Below, piece after piece: positions 18,412 through 30,081 of a stretch of 64,000 bases of DNA (its first letter is position 1; every line of letters begins with the position of its first letter). A program made the position numbers and the translations under genes. Source of the stretch: Syntrophorhabdaceae bacterium (lineage in GTDB: Bacteria > Desulfobacterota > Syntrophorhabdia > Syntrophorhabdales > Syntrophorhabdaceae). The notes beneath the pieces were generated by a model. The model worked only from the letters and a program-made list of their open reading frames with translations, had not been told where the DNA came from and searched no databases. Location of the stretch: positions 288,001 to 352,000 of the forward strand of contig OY762209.1 in NCBI GenBank assembly GCA_963665295.1, given 5' to 3'.

Positions 18412-19941
18412 TCAGTTCGTCTCGAACCGAATACCCTGGGCGAGGGTCAGATCCTGGGACCAGTTGATTGTGCAGGTCTGACGACGCATATATGACTTCC
18501 ACACATCCGACCCCGCTTCCCGGCCGCCCCCTGTTTCCTTCTCACCGCCGAAGGCGCCGCCTATTTCCGCGCCCGAGGTGCCTATGTTCACACAGGCGAT
18601 ACCGCAGTCCGAGCCTCTCTGGCTCAGGAACAACTCCGCTTCTCTGAGGTCATTGGTAAAAATCGACGAGGAAAGGCCCTGGGGGACGGCATTGTGAAGC
18701 CGGATGGCCTCTTCCAGCGTATCGTAACGGATGAGGTAGAGAATGGGCGCAAAGGTCTCTTCGCGGACTATGGGAAGGTCCGCCGGCGCCTCCGCGATGC
18801 ACGGCTTCACATAGGTCCCCGCCTGGTACCCCTCTCCTGAAAGGATGTCGCCTCCATAGAGTATCCGCCCACCCTGTTTTTCCAGGGTCAGAAGGGCGGC
18901 CTGCATGGTGTCCACCGCGTCCCGGTCCACAAGAGGCCCCATGAGGGTCGCCTCTTCAAGAGGATTTCCGATGGTGACCTGCTTGTACGCCTCAATCAGG
19001 GCCTGCGTAAGGGCCCGGTGGATGCTTTCGTGGACGATCACGCGCCGCGTGGAGGTACACCGCTGGCCCGCGGTGCCCACGGCCCCGAAGAGAATGGCCC
19101 GCGCCGCGAGTCTGAGGTCCGCGCTCGGGGTGACGATGACCGCGTTGTTGCCGCCGAGTTCGAGGAGGGTTCTCCCCAACCGCCCCTTCACCGTCTGACC
19201 GATGCGGCGGCCCATGCGCACGCTGCCGGTAAAAGAGATGAGAGGGACGCGGGTGTCACGGATAAGCATCTCCCCCACCGTATCTCCCCTGCCGATGAGG
19301 ATGCTCAGAATCCCTTCGGGGAGGCCGCTTTCCTTGAGCACGGCCCAGGCGATCTTCATCACCGCGATGGCGGAGAGGGGGACCTTCGAGGAAGGCTTCC
19401 AGATCACCGTATCTCCCGCGATCAAGGCGAGCATGGCGTTCCACGCCCAGACAGCCACAGGGAAGTTGAAGGCGGTGATCACCCCCACAGGACCCAGGGG
19501 GTGCCACTGCTCGTACATGCGATGGCCCGGCCGCTCGCTGTGCATGGAAAGGCCGTAGAGCATCCGTGACTGGCCTACTGCAAGGTCGGCCATGTCAATC
19601 ATCTCCTGGACCTCGCCCTCGCCCTCGGCCCTGATCTTGCCCGTCTCCAGGCTCACGAGGGCGCCCAAATCCCTCTTGTGTTTCCGCAAGGCGTCGCCCA
19701 GCTTTCTCACGATCTCACCCCTCTTCGGGGCGGGTACCATACGCCACTGCTCGAAGGCGTGGGTGGCGCGATGTATCACGTGCTCGTATTCCTCCGTGCT
19801 TGCGGAACGGACCTTCCCCATCACCCGCCCGCTCACAGGGGACAGGGATTCCAGTATATCACCGCCGCAAAGGAGCCAGGACCCCCCGCCCGCCCCCGAC
19901 AGTTCGCCCGACAGTCCCAGTTTCTTCATAGTCTCTTCCAT
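18412..19941 (-). CDS. Aldehyde dehydrogenase, ALDH7 / piperideine-6-carboxylate dehydrogenase-like
   Basis: ITAFNFPVAVWAWN, FTGS, LELGGNNA, GTAGQRCT, EETFAP and GAEIGGAFGGEKETGGGRE. Confidence 0.95.
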   Translation of the reverse strand: MEETMKKLGLSGELSGAGGGSWLLCGGDILESLSPVSGRVMGKVRSASTEEYEHVIHRATHAFEQWRMVPAPKRGEIVRKLGDALRKHKRDLGALVSLETGKIRAEGEGEVQEMIDMADLAVGQSRMLYGLSMHSERPGHRMYEQWHPLGPVGVITAFNFPVAVWAWNAMLALIAGDTVIWKPSSKVPLSAIAVMKIAWAVLKESGLPEGILSILIGRGDTVGEMLIRDTRVPLISFTGSVRMGRRIGQTVKGRLGRTLLELGGNNAVIVTPSADLRLAARAILFGAVGTAGQRCTSTRRVIVHESIHRALTQALIEAYKQVTIGNPLEEATLMGPLVDRDAVDTMQAALLTLEKQGGRILYGGDILSGEGYQAGTYVKPCIAEAPADLPIVREETFAPILYLIRYDTLEEAIRLHNAVPQGLSSSIFTNDLREAELFLSQRGSDCGIACVNIGTSGAEIGGAFGGEKETGGGREAGSDVWKSYMRRQTCTINWSQDLTLAQGIRFETN

Positions 19942-20045
19942 AGTTCCTCCCGATCAGCAATACATAAGTATATATATTCACGCAGCAGGAGGATATCAAG
20001 AACGGGTTTTTCTGTTGTTTGTCTATATTCGGCGTACACTTGGAC

Positions 20046-20182
20046 GGATCGCCGCACGGGACGAAAACGCTATATAGGCCGCTCTGCAAAGGGAGGCGTG
20101 CTCTGGCGTATGAATATACGCCGACGCCCAGCCTCCCTTCACAGCCCAACCTATCTAGCGTCTCCGCCCCGTGCGACGATCC
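20046..20182. repeat. Long imperfect palindromic dispersed repeat, copy 2 (inverted relative to copy 1)
   Basis: It shares CTCTGCAAAGGGAGGCGTGCTCTGGCGTATGA-TATACGCCGACGC...CCTCCCTTCACAGCCC-ACCTATCT with the reverse complement of 2474-2612. Confidence 0.85.
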
Positions 20183-20746
20183 ACTCGACCCGGCAACAAT
20201 TAATCAAAAGAGCTAATGATGCCGGGAGATTTGCACCAGAGGAGAGGCAGGCCTACCGGCGTAGGAGCAGAGTGTACAAAGGCCCCGCCCACGGAATGGA
20301 AACTCCTCACAGCCCAGGGATGGAACACCCCGTCCATGGATTGGAAACCCCGGGGGTACCACCATGGGGCCCCCGACTTGGGTGCAACCCTTCGCTGATC
20401 CAACTGGTCGTTATTTCCGGCATCGATTGATTAAAATAAATAAGATGTGCCGGGTGGAGTAGGTGGGGGCATGGAGGGGAGGTTTCAGATGGGCTGCTCT
20501 GTGAAGGGGTGTGGCCTGGAGCCGTACTTAATGTACGGAGGAAGGCTCGCCCCTTTGCAGAGGGGTCCATATGGAGCTTTCCCTTTATGCCCACTCCTAT
20601 CCACTAAAACAATTCACTTCAACCGCTCGTGACACCCCACTCTCCAAGGCTCTACCCCCTTGTCGTCTCCTCGCAGTGGACGAGGACTCCTTGACATGGC
20701 TTCAACAAGTCATATAGTTCACTATGACATAGCAAAGGAGGAACTC

Positions 20747-21376
20747 ATGAATATTCACGGATTGCTCACGCCCGCGGATTGTGCGCTGGCACTTATCGAC
20801 TACCAGCCGGCCATGTTTTCGGGGGTCCACTCCCATGACCGGGGCGCCATCGTCCGGAACGTTCAGATCGTGGGCAAGGCCGCAATGCTCTTCCAGGTGC
20901 CGACGATCATCTCCACCGTTGCCGCCACAAGTTTCAGCGGCGCCATGATCCCCGAGGTCATGGACATCTTCGAGGGCCGCCGGCCGATCGACCGGACGTC
21001 CATCAACGCCTGGCTCGACAAGGCGTTCAAAGAGGCGGTCGAGAAGACGGGCCGGAAAAAGATCGTGGTAGCAGGGCTCTGGACCGAGGCGTGCGTATTG
21101 TTCCCTGCCATCGATATGCTCCAGGCCGGTTACGAGGTTTACGTACCCACCGACGCCTGCGGAGACATCAGTGAAGAGGCTCACGAACGGGCGGTGCAGA
21201 GGCTTGTCCAGGCAGGGGCGGCGCCCATCACCTCCCTCCAGTTCCTCTTCGAACTTCAGCAGGATTGGGGGCGCTCCGAGACGTACCAGGGCTGCATGGA
21301 CATCATGGAGGCCCATTCTCCTTACGGCATAGAGGTCCGCTTCGTAAAGGAGTTCCTCGGCGGCCACGGCGGATAG
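20747..21376 (+). CDS. Isochorismatase-family hydrolase (YcaC-like)
   Basis: LIDYQP, DRTSINAW, AGLWTEAC and DACG, with an AAGGAGG RBS. Confidence 0.92.
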   Translation: MNIHGLLTPADCALALIDYQPAMFSGVHSHDRGAIVRNVQIVGKAAMLFQVPTIISTVAATSFSGAMIPEVMDIFEGRRPIDRTSINAWLDKAFKEAVEKTGRKKIVVAGLWTEACVLFPAIDMLQAGYEVYVPTDACGDISEEAHERAVQRLVQAGAAPITSLQFLFELQQDWGRSETYQGCMDIMEAHSPYGIEVRFVKEFLGGHGG

Positions 21377-21469
21377 GCGCGGCGCAGGGCGCGCCCGTTA
21401 TTTCCGTTCCGGCCGCATACCCGCAAGCGCCCCGGTCATCGCAGCACATGATAAAGGAGACAGAAGAAC

Positions 21470-23284
21470 ATGAATGGACCCGAACTTATTCTCCACAATG
21501 GAGTTGTGACAACCCTCGATGAGAGGCATCCCGGGGCCTCGGCCGTGTCCATGGCAGGGGGACGGGTCGTTGCCGTCGGCGGAGAAGAGCTTCTCGCGGC
21601 GGCGGACGGGACAACCCTCAAAGTTGACCTCAGGGGGCGACGGGTCATCCCGGGCCTCAACGATTCCCACATCCACATAATCCGGGGCGGGCTCAACTAC
21701 AACATGGAACTGCGCTGGGACGGCGTTCCTTCCCTTGCCGACGCCCTCGCCATGCTCCGGGAACAGGCGGCTCGCACGCCTCCGCCCCAGTGGGTACGGG
21801 TAGTGGGCGGCTGGACGGAGTTCCAGTTTGCCGAGGGCCGCATGCCTACCGTGGAAGAGATCAACCGGGCGGCCCCCGACACTCCGGTCTTTATCCTGCA
21901 CCTCTACGACCGCGCCATCGTCAATGGGGCGGCGCTCAGGGCCCTTGGCTATACCCGGGAGACCCCCGACCCGACGGGCGGCGAGATTGAGCGGGACAGG
22001 ACGGGAAACCCGACGGGCCTTCTCATTGCAAAGCCGAACGCCATGATCCTCTATGCGAGTCTCGCCAAAGGACCGCGACTGACCCGCGACGATCAGGTCA
22101 ACTCCACGCGCAGGTTCATGCGGGAGTTGAACCGGCTCGGACTCACCAGCGCCATAGACGCGGGCGGAGGCTTTCAGAACTACCCCGAGGACTATCAGGT
22201 AATCGAAGAACTCGCAAAAAACGGACAGCTTACCGTCCGTATTGCCTATAACCTCTTCACTCAGCATCCGGGCGGCGAATTGGCGGACTTTTCCCGGTGG
22301 ATCACCACGACATCTCCAGGCCGGGGCGACGATTACTACCATATGAACGGGGCCGGCGAGATGCTCGTCTTCTCGGCTGCCGATTTCGAGGATTTTCTCG
22401 AACCGCGACCGGACCTTTCTCCCACCCTTGAGGAGGAACTCTTTCAAGTGGTCCGCCTTCTCGTGGAAAAACGCTGGCCCTTCCGGCTCCATGCCACTTA
22501 TGACGAATCCATCGAACGGTTCCTCAATATCTTCGAATCCGTGGACCGTGAGGTCCCCTTCGGGGGGCTGCGGTGGTTCTTCGACCACGCGGAAACCATC
22601 ACCCTCCGAAACCTCGACAGGGTAAAGGCTCTCGGCGGAGGTATCGCCATCCAGGATCGCATGGCGTTTCAGGGAGAATACTTCCAGGCGCGATACGGAA
22701 AGGAGGCGACAGGACACACCCCGCCCGTGAGGCGGATGATGGAAATGGGGATCCCTGTCGGCGCAGGGACCGATGCGACCCGGGTGGCAAGCTACAACCC
22801 GTGGGTCTCTCTTTACTGGCTGGTGAGCGGCCGGACCGTGGGCGGCAGCCTTCTCTATTCCGAAACAGACCGCCTCGACCGGATGGAGGCGCTCCGCCTC
22901 TATACCATGGGGAGCAGCTGGTTTTCCCATGACGAGGAGAAGAAGGGCATGATCTCGCCCGGCCGGCTCGCGGATATGGCAGTGCTTTCCGCGGACTACT
23001 TCACCGTGCCGGAGGAGGAGATCAAAGGGATTGAATCGGTCCTCACCATCCTGGGGGGCAAGGTCGTGTACGGCGCAGAGGAATTCGGGAGTCTCGCACC
23101 CCCTCCCTTGCCTGTCAGCCCGAACTGGTCGCCCACAGGGACTTACGGAGGGTATCACCGCCATAAGGCAGCCCCTGCCCACGGATTATGTCGTGGGACG
23201 TGTGAATGCCATGACCACAAACGGGTCTGGTTGCCGGAAGAATCCCGGTTCTGGGGGATCGGCTGTGACTGTTTCGCATTCTGA
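21470..23284 (+). CDS. Amidohydrolase_3 (YtcJ-like)
   Basis: IPGLNDSHIH, RLHATY, FDHAE, GTDATR and GRLADMAVL. Confidence 0.92.
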   Translation: MNGPELILHNGVVTTLDERHPGASAVSMAGGRVVAVGGEELLAAADGTTLKVDLRGRRVIPGLNDSHIHIIRGGLNYNMELRWDGVPSLADALAMLREQAARTPPPQWVRVVGGWTEFQFAEGRMPTVEEINRAAPDTPVFILHLYDRAIVNGAALRALGYTRETPDPTGGEIERDRTGNPTGLLIAKPNAMILYASLAKGPRLTRDDQVNSTRRFMRELNRLGLTSAIDAGGGFQNYPEDYQVIEELAKNGQLTVRIAYNLFTQHPGGELADFSRWITTTSPGRGDDYYHMNGAGEMLVFSAADFEDFLEPRPDLSPTLEEELFQVVRLLVEKRWPFRLHATYDESIERFLNIFESVDREVPFGGLRWFFDHAETITLRNLDRVKALGGGIAIQDRMAFQGEYFQARYGKEATGHTPPVRRMMEMGIPVGAGTDATRVASYNPWVSLYWLVSGRTVGGSLLYSETDRLDRMEALRLYTMGSSWFSHDEEKKGMISPGRLADMAVLSADYFTVPEEEIKGIESVLTILGGKVVYGAEEFGSLAPPPLPVSPNWSPTGTYGGYHRHKAAPAHGLCRGTCECHDHKRVWLPEESRFWGIGCDCFAF

Positions 23285-23328
23285 AGGTCGGCCCGGCCGC
23301 TCACGACATCAATAATCCGGAGGTAATC

Positions 23329-24237
23329 ATGGACTCAGTCCGCAAGGTAAGCAAAGTCTGGAAAAGCAAACCAACTATCGAGGGGGCGGGGGTCCACCTG
23401 AAGCGGGCCTTCGGCTACCACCAGGTACCCCTCTTCGACCCCTTCCTCATGCTCGACGATTTCCATTCCAACAAACCCGCCCAATACCTTAAAGGGTTCC
23501 CATGGCACCCCCACCGGGGGATCGAGACGATCACCTATATCCTTCACGGCAGCGTGGAACACGGCGACAGCATGGGAAACAGAGGGGTTATCAACCCGGG
23601 CGATGTGCAGTGGATGACCGCAGGAAGCGGCATCATCCACCAGGAAATGCCCAAGGGCAACGATGACGGCCATATGTGGGGTTTCCAGTTCTGGGCGAAC
23701 CTTCCCGCATCCCATAAGATGATGGAGCCCCGCTACCGTGGGGTCGTAAAAGCGGACATCCCGGAGGTGATCCTCGATGGCGGCATCCGGGTAAGGGTCA
23801 TTTGCGGCGAGGCAGTCGGTGTGAAGGGACCGGTGCGCGACATTATCATCGACCCCACGTGTCTGGACGTGACCATGCCGCGGGGAACGACCTTTATTCA
23901 TCCCATAAAGCGGGGCCACAAGGCCTTTGCCTATGTGCTCGACGGGCAGGCCTATTTCGACCCGGAACGAAACGCTTTTGCTCACGAGGTGGTGGGGACG
24001 AACTATTTCGACATGAACCGGCAGTGCGCCTGCAGCGAGGAAAATATCGTTCTTTATGAAGACGGCGACAAAGTGGTCATCCGCACCGAGGAAAGGCCGG
24101 CCCGGTTTCTTCTCGCCGCCGGCCGTCCCATCGGAGAGCCGGTGGCCTGGTACGGCCCCATAGTGATGAACAGCCGGGAGGAACTTCAGGCCGCCTTCGA
24201 GGAGTATGAGTCGGGGACATTCATCAAAAGTAAATGA
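23329..24237 (+). CDS. Pirin family protein
   Basis: DPFLMLD, GFPWHPHRGIETITY, QWMTAGSGIIHQE and YGPIVMN. Confidence 0.95.
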   Translation: MDSVRKVSKVWKSKPTIEGAGVHLKRAFGYHQVPLFDPFLMLDDFHSNKPAQYLKGFPWHPHRGIETITYILHGSVEHGDSMGNRGVINPGDVQWMTAGSGIIHQEMPKGNDDGHMWGFQFWANLPASHKMMEPRYRGVVKADIPEVILDGGIRVRVICGEAVGVKGPVRDIIIDPTCLDVTMPRGTTFIHPIKRGHKAFAYVLDGQAYFDPERNAFAHEVVGTNYFDMNRQCACSEENIVLYEDGDKVVIRTEERPARFLLAAGRPIGEPVAWYGPIVMNSREELQAAFEEYESGTFIKSK

Positions 24238-24301
24238 CCCTTGAGGTACAGTGCCTTTCCCGTGTCTTGAGGGTCGTTCCCCCTTGAGGTGCCGGGGGCA
24301 T

Positions 24302-25566
24302 CTACTGCGCTCCCGCCTGTTTCACCGTGTAAGTCTTTGACGCCTTGTTCTGGTCGGCGATCACCTTGATGCTGCCGCTTCGCGAAGACCTGGCCGTATT
24401 TTCCCCTGCCGTGTAGTCTATCTCGCCCGCACCCGCGCCGGGTGTGCCGGAGTCGATGGTGATCCAGTCCTTGTTATCCGTCGCAGTAAAGGTACAGTCC
24501 GCGGGGTCGGCGGTTACGGTAAATGACCCCGGGCCCCCGCTCGCGGGGATGGAACCGGAGGAGGCGCTGAGGAGCAAAGTGCAGGGCTTTGCCTTCTGGG
24601 TTACGGTGAATTCCTTGTCCGCTACGGTCACCGTGCCGCTTCTGCCGGACGAACTGTCATTCAGGGGGACGGACACCTGCACCGATCCCTTGTTGTTCTG
24701 GAAGACAAAGGAGGAGAGGTCGATCCAATCTCCCTCTTTCGATATATCGGGGACAGCGCAGTTCGCGGGGCCGCTCCCCTGAGGAGCCTTTGCCGTTATA
24801 CTGACCTTCACGGTCCCCGCCTGATAATTGAAGGCTTTGCTCTTTCCGGAGATGGTGTAGGTACACGTAACGGCGTCAAAAGCCGCCCCCACGGATTTTG
24901 CCGCATTCACGACGACCTTGCATGTTCCCCGGCCCTTGCAGTCGCCCGACCAGCCCGAAAAGGTCGAACCCGCTGCCGGGGAGGCGGCGAGAGTCACGCG
25001 GGCATTCAACACATAGGTCGCGCGGCAGGTCTCACCGCAGTCGATGCCTGAAGGCGTCGAGATGACCGTGCCCGTGCCCGATCTCACTACGGTGAGGAGG
25101 TCCTTGAGCGCAGTCCGGAGGGAAAAAATGACGCCGCAACCCGAACCATCACAGCCCGATCCGCCCCCACGGTCCGTCATCCCGAATAGGGCGGAACCGG
25201 AGACGACAAGATCGGCCCGCGGCCACGCGCCGTGATAGGTCATCCCGTAGAGGGTGGAGCCCGAGAGAATAAGGCTCTCGGAGGGAGACGAGCCGTCCGT
25301 CGCGCCCCCCGTAAAGGTATGGCGGAGTTTGAACCCGCTCCCATTGGCGCTGAGAGAAAAGAGGGTCCCTTCCTGCAGATCGTCGCCCCCGGTCATGCCG
25401 TAAAAGGTCGTGCCCTTCCCGACCAGGTGGCCACGGGGCCGACCCCGTCCCTGTCTCCGCCCGTGAAGGAGTAAAGCACGGTTACGGGGTCGTCGCCGTA
25501 AGAGGGGACTGTCAATAACGCGAGAAGGAGAAACGCAAATACCGGAACCAGCCTTGGGACCTTCAT
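24302..25566 (-). pseudogene. Frameshifted secreted protein (GloVer-type beta repeats + InlB-B-like repeat + two BACON-like domains)
   Basis: The signal-peptide frame MKVPRLVPVFAFLLLALLTVPSYG...GVGPVAT shifts at ~25429 (ACCTGGTC, one C short of ACC CTG GTC) into the frame encoding LVGKGTTFYGMT..., GIDCGETC...VTLAA...FSGWSGDC and the BACON-like WI..RSGT..FTVTQ. Confidence 0.72.
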
Positions 25567-25759
25567 GAGCAGCACTCCCGACCTCGCCGCCCCTTCGCAT
25601 TCACGGCAGGCGGCTTTCGATCGGCTAATCGGAGAACTGCGGAAGAGGTCTTCAAAAATATCAGCCGGAATGGGCGGCCCGATGACAGTCTCCGTCAGTA
25701 GCAAAATAATTGGTCACCGCGCAATTGTCAACCGGGGGTCGGGACGGGGAAAAGCGGGG

Positions 25760-26944
25760 TCAGCGCTGCCACCACCTGTTCGCGATAAAAATGGCGATAC
25801 CCTGCATGCAGAGCATGACCACCACGCACCCGAGCCATCCCGCGTGGGTCCAGAGCAAACCCGGCAGGATAGAACCGGCGAAGCCGCCCAGGTAATAAAA
25901 GGAGATGTAGAGGCCCGCGGCCGAGGAGCGGGCGTCATGGGCCGCCCTCCCTACGTGGCTCGCCGAGGCGGATTGGCAGGCAAAGACCCCCGAGGCTTCG
26001 AGGGCCAGTCCGGCAATGATGACCGGTACGGAGTGGACCAGGGTAAGCATCATGCCTAACGCGGATATCCCCACCGCCAGCATGAGCGCCTTCCGATGGC
26101 CTATGCGGTCCATGAGATGCCCCGCAGGAGGCGTGATCACTGCCCCGATCAGGTAGACTACGAATATTGACGCGAGCGCGGTAGGCCCGAGGAAGAAGGG
26201 CTTGTCGGCAAGGTAAAAGTTCACGTACGTAAATGCCCCTACCAGGCAAAAGAGGACATTGAACCCCACCGCATAGGTGGCGAGGAGCCGGGGGTTCCAA
26301 AGGTGCATGCGCATGGGCCGGAGACCCACGGCAACATTGCGCTGGCGGACAAACTTCGTGGACCGGGGAAGAAGCCACCATGTCACGAGGGCACCCGCGA
26401 AGGTAATGGAGCCGAGGATGATAAAAGGGGCCCGCCAACCCCACACGGCCGAAGAGAATCCCGCGATGAAGCGTCCCGCAAATCCGCCCACCACGCCCCC
26501 GGTGACGTAGGTCGCCATGATCGATCCCACCGACCTCACGGGAGACTCTTCACTGATGTAGGCGATGGTGACCGAGGCGATACCCGCCACGAAAAATCCC
26601 TGCAGGAAACGCCATACCACGAGTTGGCTCAGGTTGGCCGCGGTGGCTGCCAGGGCAGTGGGAACCGCGAGGCCCAGCATGGCGGCGATTATCACCCGCT
26701 TTCGTCCCACCGCATCGGCCACAAGACCGATCATGGAAGCGGTAAGGGCCACCGCCAGCACAGGGGCGCTCACCGTGAGGCTCACCATCAGTTCCGATGC
26801 CCGGAAGACATGCCGGAACTGGGGCAGGAGCGGTTGGGTGACGTAGAGATTGACGAAGGCGCTGAAACCGGTAATAAACAGGGCCATGAGGACCCCTGCC
26901 CGCCCGCGGACCGCTGTTCCTCCCTGAGGCGCAGGGTTTGTCAT
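25760..26944 (-). CDS. MFS transporter (YnfM-like)
   Basis: NLYVTQPLLP, ADAVGRKR, AYISEE and GLYISFYYLGG. This is only the 3' part of the 1256-aa track ORF. Confidence 0.9.
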   Translation of the reverse strand: MTNPAPQGGTAVRGRAGVLMALFITGFSAFVNLYVTQPLLPQFRHVFRASELMVSLTVSAPVLAVALTASMIGLVADAVGRKRVIIAAMLGLAVPTALAATAANLSQLVVWRFLQGFFVAGIASVTIAYISEESPVRSVGSIMATYVTGGVVGGFAGRFIAGFSSAVWGWRAPFIILGSITFAGALVTWWLLPRSTKFVRQRNVAVGLRPMRMHLWNPRLLATYAVGFNVLFCLVGAFTYVNFYLADKPFFLGPTALASIFVVYLIGAVITPPAGHLMDRIGHRKALMLAVGISALGMMLTLVHSVPVIIAGLALEASGVFACQSASASHVGRAAHDARSSAAGLYISFYYLGGFAGSILPGLLWTHAGWLGCVVVMLCMQGIAIFIANRWWQR

Positions 26945-27219
26945 GGGGTGTTCTGTGTCCGCTGTTCTCACTTTATCCGCCCGGCCCGAAGGGAGTGGTG
27001 TCCGTTCCCGTAGGCCAGTGGAAATACTATACAGCCCCGTGTGAAATGTCCAACCTATTATGGCGATGAAGACTCCTGCCCGTTCAAAGCCTGTCCCCTC
27101 GCCCGGGGATGAGGCCCCGGAAGAGCGCCTCCTCCCTGTTCGTGCGAATCGCAAAGTTGTATAATGTGTACTAGTCATGTGATCCCGGCGCACGGGTGGA
27201 ATATCGTCGAAAGGAGGCG

Positions 27220-29149
27220 TGTGGAAAAAGCTCTCAAAGAATCGGAAGACAGGTACAGGATCATTTTTGAGACAACGGCCTGCGCCACCGTAATCATCGA
27301 CGAGGACATGACCCTGTCTCTCGTGAACAGTGAATTTGAGAGGCTGTCGGGCCGCTCGAAAGAGGAGATAGAGGGCAAAACCAGTTGGATCGAGTTTCTC
27401 GAACCAAGGGACGTGGAGCGTGTGGCACGGTACCACTATCAACGGCGGGTGGACCCGAACGGCGCGCCCCGAAACTACGAGTTTCAATTTGTACGACGGT
27501 CGGGCGAGATAAGAACCATATTCATGACAAGCGCCCTGATCCCCGGCACAAGAAGAAATATCGCCTCCCTTCTCGACATAACCGACCGGGTGCAGGCCGA
27601 GAAGGCCCTGAGAGAAAGCGACAGGCGCTACCGGGCCCTCTTCGAGGAATCGAGCCACGCCCTCTACACCACTACCCTCGACGGCAAGTTGATTGACTGC
27701 AATCAGGCTATGCTCGACATCTTCGGTTATTCGAAGGAAGAGATACTGAGGATCAACATAGCTCAGATCTACGCAAATCCGCGGGACAGGGGCAGGCTTG
27801 AGCGGGACATCAAGAAACATGGCGTAGCGAGGGACCGCGAGGTACGGTTCAGGAGAAAGGACGGCACAGAGATCAGTTGTCTTCTCACTTCGGTCTTCCG
27901 GCGCTCCGGTACCGATCAGATCCTCGGCTACCAGGGGATCATCCATGACATAACGGAGCGGAAGATCGCGGAAGAAGCCCTTCGGGCCAACAAGGACAAG
28001 CTTGAGGCCATGGTCGCCGAGAGGACCGCGGAACTCCGGAACGCCAACGAAAGACTGACCCTGGCCCTGAGCAAGGGTAAACGCATAGAAATCATGATGT
28101 GGAAAGGCGCGAAGCAGTACAAGAACCTCTACGAAAACTCCCCCTTGGGCATGTACCGCGCAAACCCCGACGGTCGTCTCCTTATGGCGAACCCTGCCCT
28201 TGTCAGGATGCTGGGATACGCCTCTTTTGTGGAAATCGCCTCCACGGGAAGTAAATGGGGGGACTACGAGCCAAATTACCTGCAGCCCGATTTCAAAAAG
28301 TGCCTTGCGGAAGACGACAGGGTGAGGGGCTACGAAGGCGCGTGGAAGCAGCCCGACGGCACTACTATTTTCGTAAGAGAAAACGCAAAAGCTACCCGGG
28401 CGCAGGACGGGACCGTCCTTTACTGCGAAGGCACGGTGGAGGACATCACGGAACAGAAAAAGGCCGAGGAGAAGATCGAGATGTACCAGGAAGAGTTGCG
28501 ATCCCTCGCTTCCGAACTCTCCTTTGCGGAGGAGAGGGAAAGGCGCCGTGTTGCGGGAATCCTTCATGACGACGTGGGCCAACTTCTCGCGGTCTCGAAA
28601 ATAAAGCTCGGCAGTCTCGCGCAACCAACGCTCTCCCCGGAACTGCAGGGCCAGATCGATGAAGTGCGGCGTCTGGTGGAACAGGCCATCAGCCGTACCC
28701 GTTCCCTCACTCTGGAACTGAGTCCTCCCGTGCTGCATGAACTCGGGTTCGTTGCCGCCGTCGAATGGCTCGGCGAACAGATGGAGAAGATCCACGGCTT
28801 CAACTTTGCCTTCTGCAACGACGAGGTGCCCAAGCCTGTTGACGAGGATGTGGGGATTTTTCTCTTCACCTCCGTTCGCGAACTCCTCGTCAATGTGGCG
28901 AAGCACGCCCACGCCAGCAAAGTGCAGGTATCCGTGACAAAGAACGGGGAGGAGGTGGTGGTCGAGGTGGCCGATGACGGGAGAGGCTTCCTGCCGAACA
29001 AGGCCGATGTGAGGTCCAGGGGCTTCGGCCTCTTCAGCATAAGGGAACGGCTCCAGCACTTGGGGGGCCATATGTCGATCGATTCGGTACCCGGCAAAGG
29101 TACGGTCATTACCCTTTCCGCCCCGGCGAGAATGAGCAGGACAAGCTGA
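27220..29149 (+). CDS. Three-PAS sensor histidine kinase (HisKA_3, NarX/UhpB class)
   Basis: PAS repeats, EERERRRVAGILHDDVGQ, NVAKHA, DDGRGF and GFGLFSIRER. Start is uncertain (27164 or GTG 27220). Confidence 0.9.
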
Positions 29150-29162
29150 AAGTGAGGACACC

Positions 29163-29816
29163 ATGACGACCAGAGTTATGCTCGCGGACGACCATAAAAT
29201 TATGCGGGAAGGGTTGAAGGCCCTTCTCGAAAAGCAGCCGGACCTCGAAGTGGCGGCCGAGGCCGAGAACGGTCTGGATGCTGTCCGGCTCGCAAAGAAA
29301 CTGATGCCCCACATAGTCATAATGGATATCGGCATGCCGGGATTGAACGGCATCGAGGCGACCCGCCGGATCACGGCGGACCTTCCCTCGACGAAAGTCA
29401 TCGCCCTTTCAATGCACTCGGACAAGAGATTCGTCATTGAGATGCTCAAGGCGGGCGTGTCCGCATACCTCCTCAAGGACAGCGCATCGGAAGAACTGGT
29501 TTCCGCCATCCGCACGGTTCTCGCCGGCAAACCCTATCTCAGTCCCAAAATAACCGGCGTGGTGCTCCAGGATTACCTGAGCACCCTTTCGAAAACAGGT
29601 CCCAACGCCTTCACCCTCCTTACGCCGCGGGAAAGAGAAGTGCTCCAGCTCATTGCCGAAGGACGTACGACAAAACAAATCGCCTCCGCCCTTTTTGTAA
29701 GTGCGAAAACGGTAGATACCCATCGCCAGCAGCTCATGGAGAAGCTCAACCTGCGGAGCGTCGCGGAACTGACGAAGTATGCCATACGCGAAGGGCTGAC
29801 CTCTCTCGATCCTTAA
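29163..29816 (+). CDS. NarL/LuxR-family response regulator
   Basis: LADDH, MDIGMP, LTPREREVLQLIAEG and KTVDTHR. Confidence 0.95.
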   Translation: MTTRVMLADDHKIMREGLKALLEKQPDLEVAAEAENGLDAVRLAKKLMPHIVIMDIGMPGLNGIEATRRITADLPSTKVIALSMHSDKRFVIEMLKAGVSAYLLKDSASEELVSAIRTVLAGKPYLSPKITGVVLQDYLSTLSKTGPNAFTLLTPREREVLQLIAEGRTTKQIASALFVSAKTVDTHRQQLMEKLNLRSVAELTKYAIREGLTSLDP

Positions 29817-30081
29817 GGACCGGACCCCTGCGGCTTCCCGTACTTCCCCCCGGGCCGCGGGCTTCACCTCCCCTCACAATCCACCAGCCCCCGTATCAGC
29901 CATTCCCACCCCTCCTTTCAGGCTTTTTTGCGGGGAATCCCGGGGATAGCCCGATACCCTTATTTTCTGTGGAGCGTTAACATAGAACTATATACCGGGC
30001 GGCCCCATCGGATGCACCACAAGGTTCGGTTCAAGGGCAAAGCAAAAGGGTATGGGCCGACAGGCCGACAAAGGAGGAATC

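Noticed and set aside
20283..20352. Three short degenerate repeats (CCAnGGAnTGGAAnC-like)
   Set aside because: They are too few and irregular for an array, and there is no supported ORF.
26945..29530. N-terminal ~860 aa of the 1256-aa minus-strand ORF
   Set aside because: It is the antisense shadow of the kinase and regulator genes. Only 25760-26944 looks like a real protein (MFS).
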